This document shows positions 25,211 to 36,952 of a stretch of DNA of 64,000 bases, piece after piece. The first letter of the stretch is position 1; each line of letters opens with the position of its first letter. Origin of the DNA: Hydrolagus colliei (taxonomy: Eukaryota); the NCBI GenBank assembly GCA_035084275.1, contig CM068748.1:11904001-11968000 (forward strand). Reading direction: 5' to 3'. Both the position numbers and the translations under genes were made by a program. The notes under the pieces are model-generated. The model was not told the origin of the DNA. It did not search any database and was given only the letters and a program-made list of their open reading frames with translations.

Positions 25211-26009
25211 GTGAGTATTTCTCTTACCATTGATATTCTCTTCTATGCTTTTGATGGGGTTGAATCTTTCTCTTGATGTGCAGATTGACTGCAGAATTAT
25301 TGGGCTTTGCCCGATAAAGCGGATATTTTGCTGTGTAAGTGTAAAACAAATACCTGCTTAGCATTTTACTCCTGGATCGTTCTATGTAGCCAACATTGTT
25401 TGTTGATAAACTATGCATACTGTTTCAGTGTAATTGTGATTTGGAGACTAAAAAACATTCATTGCAACATTGTACAATCCCATCTGGAATATGCTGTCAC
25501 AGGTGGACATATCATTGGAGTTGTTTCCGAGGTCCACAGCAATTCTGCCAGGAATTTCCAGCATTGAACAGTTGCTTTCAGGCTTGAGACCAATTGGCAT
25601 TGGCTACCTCTTGTATTGTGATGCCTGTCAGACTGACATTCTTGGCAAGCTAATGTTAAAGCATATTTGCTTGACTGAAGGCGAATTCCATCTCATTAGA
25701 CTAAATGTTATCCTGGGAGACTACGTGGCATATTTATAGATGCAACCAGTACTGTTGATTATTATTGGTCATCATTTATTTTCCTACCCAAACTTTTTTT
25801 GAGTGTTTCGCCTATAGGCCTTTGTGTGACTGCCCTTGATCCGGGATAAGACTTGCAGAGGATATGTGACAGGACTTGGTAGTGGAATGGGCTGTGAGCA
25901 GATTGGAGAGATAGGAAAGTGCCTGAGGGTAAAGTGGGAGTGAGGATCTCCTCGATGGTCTCCTCAGCTCCACTGTAAGAAGGTCCAAATGATACAAAAC
26001 TCTGGCATT

Positions 26010-26455
26010 CGTGTCCTCACCTGTACCAGGCTCTGAATCTCCCATCACCCCAGTCCTTGCCAGACTCCCTTGGCTCCATATTGCAGAATGGATCGATTTT
26101 CAAGATCCTCACTCTTGCTTTCTGATCACTCTATTCCTGAGTACCATCCTACCTTTCTGATATGCTCACACCCCATGCCACTGCCTCCCTTCTACATACG
26201 CTCAGCTAGTTTGGGTTTCTGCACTTCCCTTGTCCCCTCCATATCACCATTGGCGTCTGTGTTTTTAGCCACTACTTCCCAAATCTCTGGAACTCTGCCT
26301 GAATATCTCCATCTCCAAATCACACCTGAAGACGTACTTTTCAACCATGCATTGAGTTACCTCCCCTCTTTCCAGTTTGGCACATCACACACACCGTTGT
26401 TGAGCGCTCTGAGATGCTACCCACATGAAAAGCGCTATATAAATGCAAGTTGTTT
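26010..26455 (+). mobile_element. L2-clade LINE 3' fragment
   Basis: SPITPVLA...IDFKILTL-like remnant and tail TGAAAAGCGCTATATAAATGCAAGTTG. Confidence 0.7.
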
Positions 26456-26869
26456 AATGAGACACGGTAAAATGCTGCATATTTTCAAGCGTTAGGAAAT
26501 AGTAGCCAAAATTATCATGGTTTCCTTTAATGTAAGACTTTTCACGACATGGATTTTGCGGGGGAAAAAGAATAATTGTAACTGGTGTAAAATTTTTACA
26601 TTAAGGAGAAGTATTTCAAAGGCCATCATCAAGCATGAGCATGGTAATGTGACAGTAATTTTTAAGCTGCAGAGATCCTTGTTTCAGAAATAACTTGCAC
26701 CAAATTTACCAGTGTTAAACTACATGTTTGATGTGGGTTCTGGTTAAATGCTGTATGTGTTTGCATGTGATATTTATATTAGTTACGTAGTAGTCATGTG
26801 TGTCTGATACAGGTGCAGCCAACACAACTGAGCGTGTATTGATTGTACTGTATGACTGTTCTGTTGCAG

Positions 26870-26979
26870 GGTGGGTTAGCGCTCTTTGTACAATTAATGC
26901 CGATCTTGATCCTGATTATCGTCTCTGTGATCAGTCAGATGATGGTGTCAAATCCTCCCTACAGTCTTAGTCCGAAGCC
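26870..26979 (+). CDS. DNAJB12: DNAJB12 exon 6 (transmembrane segment)
   Basis: [37 protein letters not shown]; ttgcag and gtaagt boundaries. Confidence 0.94.
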
Positions 26980-27231
26980 GTAAGTTAACCTCAAGGACAT
27001 ACAATTGCTTATCACTAGACATTTCCAAGCTTGCCAATTGAGTCAATAAAAATCTGGCAAAGCCATTTCTGCTGAACAATGTTTTTGTATAAACAAGTTT
27101 GCAATAAATCATCAATACATTAGAGAAAGTAAATTTTTTAAATTCCAATCAAAAAATATGAAGTGATTTCTTCAGCCACTAGAATGTTATTGATGCATTT
27201 GTTCACGAAGTACCAAATATCTTCCATAGTA

Positions 27232-27425
27232 CAGTAAAATCCTGTTTATCCATGACCCGGTCAACCGTAACTTCAGTATAAAAGGTCCCTATTCGATTAA
27301 TCGGAATTTATCAGGCACATTATTTTTTTAAATATATTTTTGTGTGTTTACGACCGAATGTCCAGCATGTACTTTAACCGGCACTGGCCAGGTCCCGAGG
27401 GTGCCGGATAAACGGGCTTTTACTG
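27232..27425. mobile_element. Tigger-like MITE (internally deleted)
   Basis: TA flanks; TIRs CAGTAAAATCCTGTTTATCC and GGATAAACGGGCTTTTACTG. Confidence 0.85.
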
Positions 27426-27938
27426 TATATACCTTAGGCACCCTTAGCTCAGATCATATTTTTGCAATCTTACATTGTCATCTTTGATAATACAGTATCT
27501 TGTATTCCTCAATTGATTTCTTTATGAAATTTTGCATTCGCTAGCTCAGTCTGCCTTTATTACCTACATGGGTATCCATTTCACACATTCGCCACTCAAT
27601 ATAAAGTAATTATATCTAAGCTTCGTTCACCTTCCTTTTACTGAGTTTTAAATTCCCTTGTTATAAATGAGATTTCCATTAGGTGGAGCCTCTTTTATTT
27701 CTGTGCTTTCCTTGTGAGTTTGGTGCTGGTTGCTAACAGCTGTACCCTATTTTCAAAACATTCCCCACATATTATCCTTATATTGACATTTAAGTTGTAC
27801 TATTATTAGTGTCCCAGTGTGTGAGTAGGTAGTGTGATGGCATCTGAACAGGACTGGTAGTTTTCTAGGGTTGCTTTGTCAGGGCATAAATCTCAGACCC
27901 CTTTGTAAGTATTCTAACAATAAATTGTTGTTCCCCAG

Positions 27939-28111
27939 GTCAGTCGGCCACATTTACAGGCGGGTAACAGATGTGTTAAATGTGCCCTATTATGTGGCGG
28001 ATAACTTTGCAGAAGATTATACTGGACAGAATCTGAAATTAGTGGAGCGGAATGTGGAGGAGGATTTCATTGCTAACCTGCGGAACAACTGCTGGAAGGA
28101 AAAGCAACAGA
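27939..28111 (+). CDS. DNAJB12: DNAJB12 exon 7 (luminal DUF1977 region)
   Basis: SVGHIYRRVTDVLNVPYYV...VEEDFIANLRNNCWKEKQQ; ccccag and gtaagt boundaries. Confidence 0.95.
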
Positions 28112-28492
28112 GTAAGTAACGGTGTGAGAGCTGGCCTTGTTGACAGGACATGTAAGGTTAGACCAGTCACTGGAGGCATGGATTCTTTCCAATCAGCAAC
28201 AGTTAACCTGCCTTTACATGTAGGGTGGTCCTAGCTGGAAACTTGTCAAGATTATACCATTCCAGAAAAATGAAAGTTCCATTCATAGGTGGCATGAATA
28301 AGTAGAACCATGTTTATATCTGTCTGGTTTATATACCTGTAAGCCTGGTGCTGAGTTTCAAGACATCCGGTTGAGTAACGGAAAATCAAATGCTGGTAAC
28401 AGTGTTAAGTGCATTCATTAGTGTAACGTTACAGTGAATGTCAGGTACATAATACCATGTCATTTAACATGTTATATTTTATATGTCCGCAG

Positions 28493-28614
28493 AAGAGGGG
28501 TTGTTGTATCGTGCCCGGTATTTTGGGGATATGGATTTATACCATAAAGCACAAAAAATGAGCACACCAAGCTGCACTAGGCTATCACAAGTCCAGACTT
28601 CCCTGCACGGTTAG
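28493..28614 (+). CDS. DNAJB12: DNAJB12 exon 8 (stop codon)
   Basis: KEGLLYRARYFGDMDLYHKAQKMSTPSCTRLSQVQTSLHG*. Summed CDS is 1128 nt, i.e. 375 aa plus stop. Confidence 0.95.
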
Positions 28615-29276
28615 AACAGCATCTACATCATCAATAACCGGAGGCCAAGTAGGTACTGTGCATATTGTTCAATTCATTTACTGTAATAATTATTGGGTCA
28701 CCGTGGCTGATTGCCCTAGTACAATCAGTATATTTGATACTGCAGCAAATGTGTCACTGATCCAATGTTTCAATCAATTCTATGTTGTAAACTGATCTAT
28801 CTTTAGTCCTGCGTTCCTCAACATTGGAAGCGTTATGGGATGTCCTCCCGACGTGAAAGGTGCTCTATAAATGTAATGTTGTTGTTGTATGGCAAAGTAA
28901 TGATGCAAAAAAAGCATTGCTGTTTGTGAATCACAGATTATCACGGATGAATTACGTACTCAACTGCTCCAATCTTATGAATTCAGATGACTTGGTTTAA
29001 TTTCACCTTTATGTTTTTTGACATGAATCTCTTGATCGCATTAATTGCTTGTCATTCAGTTCCTTATCAATCCTCCTGTGCTTCACTAATTTCTCTGAAT
29101 AATATGCAAATTAAATGGGATTCATTCAGAAAATAACAAATTTGAGAAATGAAGAAAAATAATTATTTTCTTTTCAAACATTTGCATTGAAATAACGTTT
29201 TTTTTTAGAGAAATCTTGCTTGGTCCTTTGAATACATTTGTAATTTATTTTTCTAATTTTCATGTTCTGTCCATAG

Positions 29277-29690
29277 AGTATTGAAGACTTGGAAGATTTT
29301 AACAATCCCTCAAATTAGTCTGACTGGATGTAATTCGCCAGCAGCACTGCTGAGATTCAGTGTAAAAGCACCACGCTGGACTTTTGTTTATGAACTGGAG
29401 TAAGCAGCCCAAGGTCTCCAAGACAGCACACTGGTGTAGAGACCAACAGATACTCCATTTTGTAGAAACCTGGGACAGTGGAAAATATGAAAGACATGAC
29501 TACGCATGAACCAAGTTTGTACACGTGCACTAGTCACTTCTAATGAAGAGAATCAAGAAACCTATTGAATTAATGATCTGAAGATTATTTATAGTTGTAT
29601 ATACGTTGTACTTTTAACTATGCAGGGGCTGAAATCAGTTGTAAGTTATTTTGCTCTTCTATAGAAATAAACCTGTAATGTGAGTAATAT
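29277..29690 (+). other. DNAJB12: Probable non-coding last exon (3' UTR) of DNAJB12
   Basis: Donor-like gtaggt at 28649; pyrimidine-rich acceptor ending ccatag at 29276; AATAAA at 29666-29671. Confidence 0.55.
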
Positions 29691-31945
29691 CTGCGTCTCC
29701 ATTCAGTTCCCAGAATATTACATTTTCACTGATTCAAGATTTAGAAAACAAGGACACCCTAGCGAATCTATTCCAGAAACAATCCTGACTGATTTGGACT
29801 ACAGTATTTTACTAAAGTTGTAAATGCACTTGAGGGGATTCAAACTGTATCCTTTCAAGCAAGAGTTAAACTTAAGCGAATTTCATCATCTGAACTTTTG
29901 GGTTTAGTTCTTGCAGCAGACCATCGCCTCACACTAAGTGAAGGTAAGTTTTTTTTTGCCCAGTGCTATATTTCCAAACTATGAGTTTGAGGTCAGTTTT
30001 ATAAAAACTGTGACCTGAGCGGAATAGGTGTTTGGTGGTGCTGTATCAGAGTATGATTGCACCTGCAATTCCTCATATCAATGCACCATTGTGACGCAAT
30101 GCTTATCTACGAGCAGGAGATATTGAGTGTAAAGAGCTTCTCCCAGCCAGAGAAATTTGATGCAAGATCAAAAATGTACTGATTTAATTTCCAATTAAGT
30201 CAATAGAAACTGAGAACTAAAAAGCTGAGTGTGGGTGGGGGGGGGGGGGAATTAAGTACATGTGTCATGGTACTCTTTTCTCTGGTTGAGAATTACATGC
30301 TCTTTCCAAGTGTACTCTGAAAGGATCGATCCTTCTTCTCATTTTATGTTGAAGCTATGTGCCTGGGTAGAGTGGTCTCACAAAATACACCCAACACTTA
30401 GCAAAACAAAATATTTAATATATATTAAATCTTGTTAAATATAGATTTAACATGGTGTATCTTCTACGTTATAAGATAACCATTGAGCCTCAATACTTGG
30501 ATCACCAGGGCAAACAAATAGGGTAACCATGCCCCAAATTCACATCTATTCTAAGATCCTGAGATCCAGAGTTTTTATAATTGGTGATGTTAAAGTCAAA
30601 TGTTAGCTAAATGTTCGAAACTCAACATCTGCCCTATAACTCTACTACCTCTTTTATACTTCAAATGAACCCAATCAGTTCTCCATACTTTGACAAACTC
30701 AACTCCTAATACACTAAGAATTACCCCCTTCAATCAATCCTTAATACTTTATTATAGTTTGAAAACAAACCAGACTAAGACTCGGACAGGACCATAAAAT
30801 CCGTGAACTCACAAAATCTGACAAAGAAGCCATAAACCATAGCACTTAACCAACATTTTTACCTCAAGATAAACAGATAGATATCTCAAATTCAACAGAC
30901 CATCTGGCTCCAGACATCAGTGACCCCTCTCCCATGAACCCAAATATTCACCCTATTAACCCTTTTCCACCTCAAACAAGAATAATTCCAACTACAAACA
31001 GTTTGCAAGAAAATTTCAAAATAGCTTGATTGTTTTAGAAGCAATTCACTTGGGTAAATATGTATTTTGTGTCCTGAAGTATTTGATGATATTGCTGTTT
31101 ACCAAATTTATTTAAAAACTAAGAAAATGTTTGCACTGAGTTGCTCACTTATAAAATTCTGCAATTGAAAGCAGTAATTACAAAATACACCAGTGTAGAA
31201 TTCAGCATCTATTGAGTGACATACAAACCTGCAAAAAAAAATTGTTTTGCTTATTTGCGTGTGAGAGTATTGGTGTGTTTTACGAGGGAAACAGCAAACT
31301 TCAACAACAACAAAATTACATTTATAGAGCGCCTTTCACGTCGGGGGGATGTTATAGATATGTTTGTGTCCCAGTTTAATTCTCTGTAAAATTTGAGGAT
31401 TGCAATGGATAAACTGCACATTGGAGTATTGCAGTATTCATGAAGATAAAGAATGAGGCTTGAAAATAAAAGTTGCTCATATTGCTCAATATTACAATCC
31501 ATATCAATCACAGAATTGCAACGATATCAATGTTACTCAATTGTTCAACACAAAAGATTTCTAAAACAAGCAGGGAATTGAAAGCAGTGTAAAATAATGC
31601 ACTTTGCACCCATCCTAGTTTAATTTTGGAAAGAATGAAGATCAAGATATTTCTTTGGATTTCAAGTGCACCATATAAATGTTGTGCTATTAGCAGTCTC
31701 CTAATGCTTAAGCTTTTAAATGCAATAGTTTTTCACCTGAAACTTAAGATCAATGAATGTCTCAAATCAATATAAAATTTTATTAACTGATTCAAAGCAT
31801 TACATTTTCACAAATAGCTATAAATACTAAAAATATAAGAATGACCATAATACATTTTTACAAAACAGACACCAAGTTTCCACCCATTGTGTTTCGCACA
31901 ATGCTGTCAAACATGGTAAATAAGTCCAATTCAGTTTGTTTTAAC

Positions 31946-32058
31946 TCATCCAGAGGGTGTAAACCCCAGCAGCTGTTCAATTGGTTTATAGCGCCATTCA
32001 TCTGCCTCCAGCTCTTCAACCAAACTGGCTAACTTCTCTATCCGTGAGCATTGTTGCT
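31946..32058 (-). CDS. ANAPC16: ANAPC16 last coding exon
   Basis: [37 protein letters not shown]; total 339 nt; minus-strand AATAAA at 31779-31784. Confidence 0.96.
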
Positions 32059-32227
32059 CTAAGAGAGGAAAACAAATTGTAAGATGGCACAACACGATCA
32101 TCTGAAATCACTTAATTATTTTGTTAGGATTTCCAATTTGAATAGTTCACGTTCTTGACTTCTATTGCCATTAATCAGTTAAGCAATTTTAAACATATTA
32201 GAATCTTTCAGTTTTCCATAGCTTTAC

Positions 32228-32302
32228 CTCGTTTCACCTGTCTCCGTGTGTGTGCCACCTGATAGCTAAATACCGCCTCACACAAGAAACGTTCTGTTGC
32301 AT
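32228..32302 (-). CDS. ANAPC16: ANAPC16 second coding exon
   Basis: DATERFLCEAVFSYQVAHTRRQVKR; ttttgacag and gtaaag boundaries. Confidence 0.93.
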
Positions 32303-32489
32303 CTGTCAAAACAGAAATCATAATGCAGGGTGACCAAAAATGCATGATACCATTACAATGACCAACGAGTCTTAAATGATTTTTTTTAAGACAAGAGTAG
32401 TTATCTCAACTTTTTGTTCGACCTGTTGCAAATAAGCTTGTCGCTCTGTAGCAGCACAAAATCAGGAATAAAAAGGTCTGTGAAATAAA

Positions 32490-32670
32490 TAATCATCCTA
32501 GCATTTGATGCAGCGCCTTATCATGTCTTCAAGACGTCTCAATGCGCTTCTTAGAATATACTGTAAAGGAAATTTACTTATTTTCTGTGGGCGAAATGCA
32601 GGGAGAGCCAATTACACACAGTGTTGTCCCAGAACAGTTGTGAATTGAAGTGACCAATTTATTATTTTTT
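32490..32670 (-). mobile_element. SINE 3' half in ANAPC16 intron 1 (another piece at ~32975-33080)
   Basis: Reverse-complement match to the family body and tail. Confidence 0.75.
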
Positions 32671-33130
32671 AAAAGGAATTATTACCCCGGAAAAAGTAAT
32701 CCGACAATCGACTTAACAACCAGGTTCCTACTTACTATTAGGTAAACAAGTCTGAAATGATCAATCAGTTGACATTTTGTAAACGAGCGCTGTGATGAGC
32801 ATCATCTACTGTGTGCATTTAGGATATTGTGACCAATCAAAATGTCATTTTTGCAATTGGTTTGCTATAAATAAAATAAGTCCCAAACCAAAGCAGCTCA
32901 AGTGTTTCCAAGAGATGTTGTTTCCAAGTGAAAGGATCTGAAAAATATTAAAACTTTCAACTCAAAACCGATCGAAAGCGCTTCACAGAATATACTGTCA
33001 AGTGAACTGACCGTATATTTTGTGGGCGAAACATGGGCAGCCAATTGCGCAAACCGTCGTGGATTGAAGTGACCAAATTGTGAAACGTTGCCCAGACCGG
33101 ATTGACCCCAAAATGTGATACCGCGACAAT

Positions 33131-33265
33131 GCAGCTCTGACGAAGGGTCGTGGACGCGAAACGTTGACTACTCGCTTTCCTTTCCCTGTGGATGCTGCCT
33201 GACCGGCTGAGTTTTCCCGGCAACTTCTGTTTTTGTTTCAGATTTCCAGCATCTCCAGTATTTTT
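33131..33265 (+). mobile_element. Penelope-like remnant with hammerhead core (single arm)
   Basis: CTGACGA-AGGGTC-GTG-GACGC-GAAA-CGTT, followed by the same downstream arm as the 9.4 kb copy. Confidence 0.7.
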
Positions 33266-33418
33266 GTGTAATGTCTAATAAGTCTTGAGCAAGAAATGAT
33301 GATATTTCTGGTTTCACTTTTAGTTAATAGGTTAGTTATCACGGGGGGGGGGGGGGGGGGGTCTCACCCTAATACATCACACACCCTAATATTTCAACTA
33401 GTTTGTTCAAGAGCAGAA

Positions 33419-33552
33419 CTGGTGTGAGTGTGTGTGTGAGTGAGTGTGGACTGGTGAGTGAGTGAGTGTGTGTGTGTGTGAGTGTGGGCTGGTGAGTGAG
33501 TGAGTGTGTGTGTGTGAGTGTGGACTGGTGAGTGAGTGAGTGTGTGTGTGTG
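33419..33552. repeat. Compound (GTGA/GT) minisatellite, ~38-40 bp unit, about 3.5 copies
   Basis: Unit CTGGTGAGTGAGTGAG(TG)nAGTGTGG. Confidence 0.85.
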
Positions 33553-33621
33553 CAGGGGGTGGCGTCTGACAAGGCCTCTCTCCCACAGTATTAACCTGTC
33601 CTGCCTGCCGCCCGCGCTCAC

Positions 33622-33772
33622 CTTCCAGCAGCTCGCCGGCTCCTTTGGGAGAAGTGAAGAGCGCCCTCCGCGTCGGCGGCAGCGGCGGCAGCTCCGACAC
33701 CCCGAACCCCCCACCGCCCGTCACCGGAGAAGACGAGGGAGAGGCTGAGGCTGCAGTGGCGGCGGCGGCCAT
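33622..33772 (-). CDS. ANAPC16: ANAPC16 first coding exon
   Basis: MAAAATAASASPSSSPVTGGGGFGVSELPPLPPTRRALFTSPKGAGELLE resembles APC16 (RKALFTYPKGAGEMLE); donor G|gtgagc. Confidence 0.92.
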
Positions 33773-33910
33773 GAGTCCGTCACAGTCACTCAGGACCAGC
33801 GGGGAGGTTTGTCCCCGGGACCGGAAACGCCCGGTTTAACCGTCGGACCGGAAGCCTGGGCTCACGCCGGTGCCGTGCAAACGCCGCGTCGTTAATTCGT
33901 TTGAAGGTGA
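33640..33910. promoter_or_regulatory. CpG-island bidirectional promoter shared by ANAPC16 (-) and ASCC1 (+)
   Basis: High GC and CpG content; ETS/GABP-type CCGGAA at 33821 and 33848; YY1-like ATGGCCGCC over the ANAPC16 start; head-to-head gene layout; possible ASCC1 5' UTR donor GAAG|gtgatt at 33906. Confidence 0.7.
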
Positions 33911-33964
33911 TTTTTCTTCGGGCAGCCTTCATTATAAAGTCCCTTTTTACTGGTGATTTGTAAC

Positions 33965-34322
33965 GATAACTGGACGTTAGAGACCCCGCCTCGCAAGCCA
34001 GAGCCCGGGGTTCGATTCCCGCTAGGACAGGTTTCTTTACTCCACACGCCTCTTGTTTACCTTTAGCATCAACAACAACAAGCATCGCTTACTTTCTGGG
34101 GATGATCATCCCTCAGTATACACAGTGTACAGTGTACAAATCATTTTTAAATGTTGTCACTCAGTCCGCGACTCCTGGGCGCAATTAGCTGCCACGCATT
34201 TCCTCCACAAAATCTGTAGTGAATTCCCTTTGTATCCTGGGAAGCGATTTGAGACGTCTCCACGACGTGCCGAGGCGCTATTATCAAATGCAAGGATCGT
34301 TACAAGGATCGATGCAAGGATT
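33965..34322 (+). mobile_element. Diverged SINE downstream of the bidirectional promoter
   Basis: B box GGTTCGATTCC, TTACTCCACACGCCT body, tail ATCAAATGCAAGGAT. Confidence 0.7.
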
Positions 34323-35013
34323 TCACCCCCTACTCCCCGCCCCCCCCCCCCAGCCTCCTGACTGGCTGGGATCAATGGGGGAGAGCACCGAGCGATGAAG
34401 GTACAACCATTGGCTACAGAAGCCTGGGCTCCACACAGTGTGAGACTGACCCAGGCCCAGAGTTCTAGCCCAGCCAGTTCTCAGCTGGTAATAATGATAA
34501 TAATAATACTTATCTTTGTATTTCATTAATTCCTTAATTAGTTCCTTAATTATCACATCCTCAAGGCGTCTCAAAGCACTTCACGTTATGTCCTGTCAAG
34601 TGGATTGACTGCCAGTTTGCGCCCAGCAATGCCCCACAAACAGCCATGGAGCGAGTGACCAATTTTTTATTTGAGAGCGTTGGCGCGGGAATAGTGCACG
34701 TGATCTTTAACTTCCACTTGATCTTGAGTGGGAAGTCCTCCCAACGTGAAAAGCGCTCTATGAATGTCATTTGTTGTTGTTATTGATCAGGTAGAACTCA
34801 GTTTAATATTCTCATCCAAAGCAGAGCAATGCACTGCATTGGAGTGTCATCTTAGACTGATTCCAAGTTCCAATGTGTGGGCTTGAAATACAACATTTTT
34901 GGAAGTTCTATACCTGTGATTTGTATTGCGATGGACACTCTGTTCGTTTGGTCATAAAATTTCCATTGTTGTTGAAGAATTTGCAGAATCTTGTCAGTGC
35001 GAGAATGAATGCA

Positions 35014-35125
35014 ATGGATGTTCTTCGACCAATGCTGATTAATATTGAAGGACGGATTTACCGTAAAAACGTGATAAAGGAGCAAGTGCATCAGAATGAA
35101 GAAGAGGAAGACTTCAATTACTCGG
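35014..35125 (+). CDS. ASCC1: ASCC1 first coding exon
   Basis: MDVLRPMLINIEGRIYRKNVIKEQVHQNEEEEDFNYS resembles the ASCC1 N-terminus. An in-frame upstream ATG at 35005 would add MNA. Confidence 0.92.
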
Positions 35126-35548
35126 GTACTTACAGGCGCACACTGTCAACCCTACCTATGGTCCATTTGACCTATACTGTATCCATAAAAAAGATTGTTC
35201 TCTGGTTCTTACTATGCCATTCTAATGCGTTCTAAATTAAAATGAATGAACTACTTTTTAAAAGAAACACTAGTAATATATCCCACATTTACACTAACCG
35301 CAAGCAATAAACTGTTCTGCAGTAGTTTTAGTCTTTTTGCATTCCATTCTTCAAACATCCAGGGGTAATATAGTTCCAATTCCAGGCAGGACCATCAATC
35401 CAACAGCATCCCCCCACCCATCACCCACACCAAATTTTCCAGAAGACTCTGGATCTATCCATGTAGTGGCATGGATAATCGCTGATCACTGACTTAGGTC
35501 TCAAAGACATTCAGGAATCTTGCTGTTAACCTATTTTCTTTCTTTCAG

Positions 35549-35648
35549 GTGCTGCAGATTGTTTAGATGAGCCATGTGACACTCTAACTGTTGATCACAC
35601 AGAACGAGGATACCGATGTGCTATGGAAGTGCCCAGTGCTCTTTACAA
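35549..35648 (+). CDS. ASCC1: ASCC1 coding exon 2
   Basis: GAADCLDEPCDTLTVDHTERGYRCAMEVPSALYK; ctttcag and gtgagt boundaries. Confidence 0.93.
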
Positions 35649-35882
35649 GTGAGTTATCATACATATTAAGGATTTTGCTACTGAATCGTAACCTGAGTTG
35701 CAAATGGCAACTCTGGGACTTGACTGGAGACTGCCAGTAATTGGAAATGCATCACACAGAGTTCTGGATACTTCACACTATCCATTTCAAATTTCACTCT
35801 ACATTTTGAGTGTGGTTATATTAATATATGTACCAGGTTTACAATCATCAACTCTAGTTTTTAACAGGAATTGGTCAGCTTC

Positions 35883-36298
35883 ATAACAACAAAAACAGCA
35901 ACAAATTGCACTTATAGAGCGCCTTTCACGTCCGGAGGATGTCCCAAGGTGCTGCACAGGAGGCGTGTGACCCGAGCTGGGAGGGGAGTGTTCGGGAGGG
36001 GTAAAAAACGTAGGGGAGGTCGAAGAATTAGGGGGGGAACAGAAGGCACGGTCGAAAAGAAAAGTCTTCAAACCGGCCTTGAAAGAGGAAAGGGAGGAAA
36101 CAAGGCGGAGGGATTGGGGGATGGAGTTTCAAAGTGTGGGAGCGGAAAAACTGAAGGCCCGGCCTCCGATGGTGGGGCGGTTTGGGCGGGGGGCTTGGAG
36201 CAGGCCAAGTCCTGCTGAACAGAGGGTCCGGGTGGGCTTGTAGGGGGAGAGTAGTCGGAAAGATAGGGCGGGGCAAGGCCGTGTAAGGCCTTGAATAG
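35883..36298 (-). mobile_element. L2-clade LINE 3' end
   Basis: Antisense FKALHGLAPPYLSD...KTFLFDRAF; (CAA)n tail. Confidence 0.85.
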
Positions 36299-36527
36299 GC
36301 AATAGATTAAAAAATTCTCTGTGTAGATGAGCTCAAAGCTGATTAATTTAAAAAGCAAGATCTGTTCACAATGCAGGATGCACATTTCATGGGGTAAAAT
36401 GTGTATTGTTGACCAATAGAATCAAAGTGATTGAGAAAACTCTTTTAACAGTTTTATTCTTTCCGGGCTTGTAGGTGATGTCAATTTAATGTGGAGTGTA
36501 TGACGAAACAAAAGTTTTGTTTTGCAG

Positions 36528-36625
36528 ATATGTTATTGGAAAGAAAGGAGAAACGAAAAGGAGACTCGAGACTGAAACTCGGACTTCTATAATCATACCT
36601 AAAGCTGGAGTGGAAGGAGAGATAG
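36528..36625 (+). CDS. ASCC1: ASCC1 coding exon 3 (KH domain GxxG loop)
   Basis: YVIGKKGETKRRLETETRTSIIIPKAGVEGEI; tttgcag and gtgagg boundaries. Confidence 0.95.
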
Positions 36626-36952
36626 GTGAGGCTTGGCAGACGCTGAAGGGAACAATCTTATCAGTGCAGAATTTTCTTTTTAGGTTCTGAAAAATCAGTT
36701 TTTTAAAAAATCTGTGTTATAGATGTATAATCACATCTATAGTCCAAGGCAAACCACACAATACTGTAGTCACATTGTGCAGTCAATTGCTCTAGTTTGA
36801 CATTTTGTAAAATAATACAAGGACAGGTCTGTAGTATAGTAGATCCTGAAGTACTGTCTCCGAATGCAAAGGGGAAAAAAATATCCCTACAATACCATTA
36901 AGCACAAAACAAACTTTCCTCCCCGCTCCAGATTAACATTTGTTTTTTTCAG

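Noticed and set aside
33369-33714. His/Thr-repeat ORFs
   Set aside because: Read-through of ANAPC16 exon 1 into the intronic CA-rich minisatellite.
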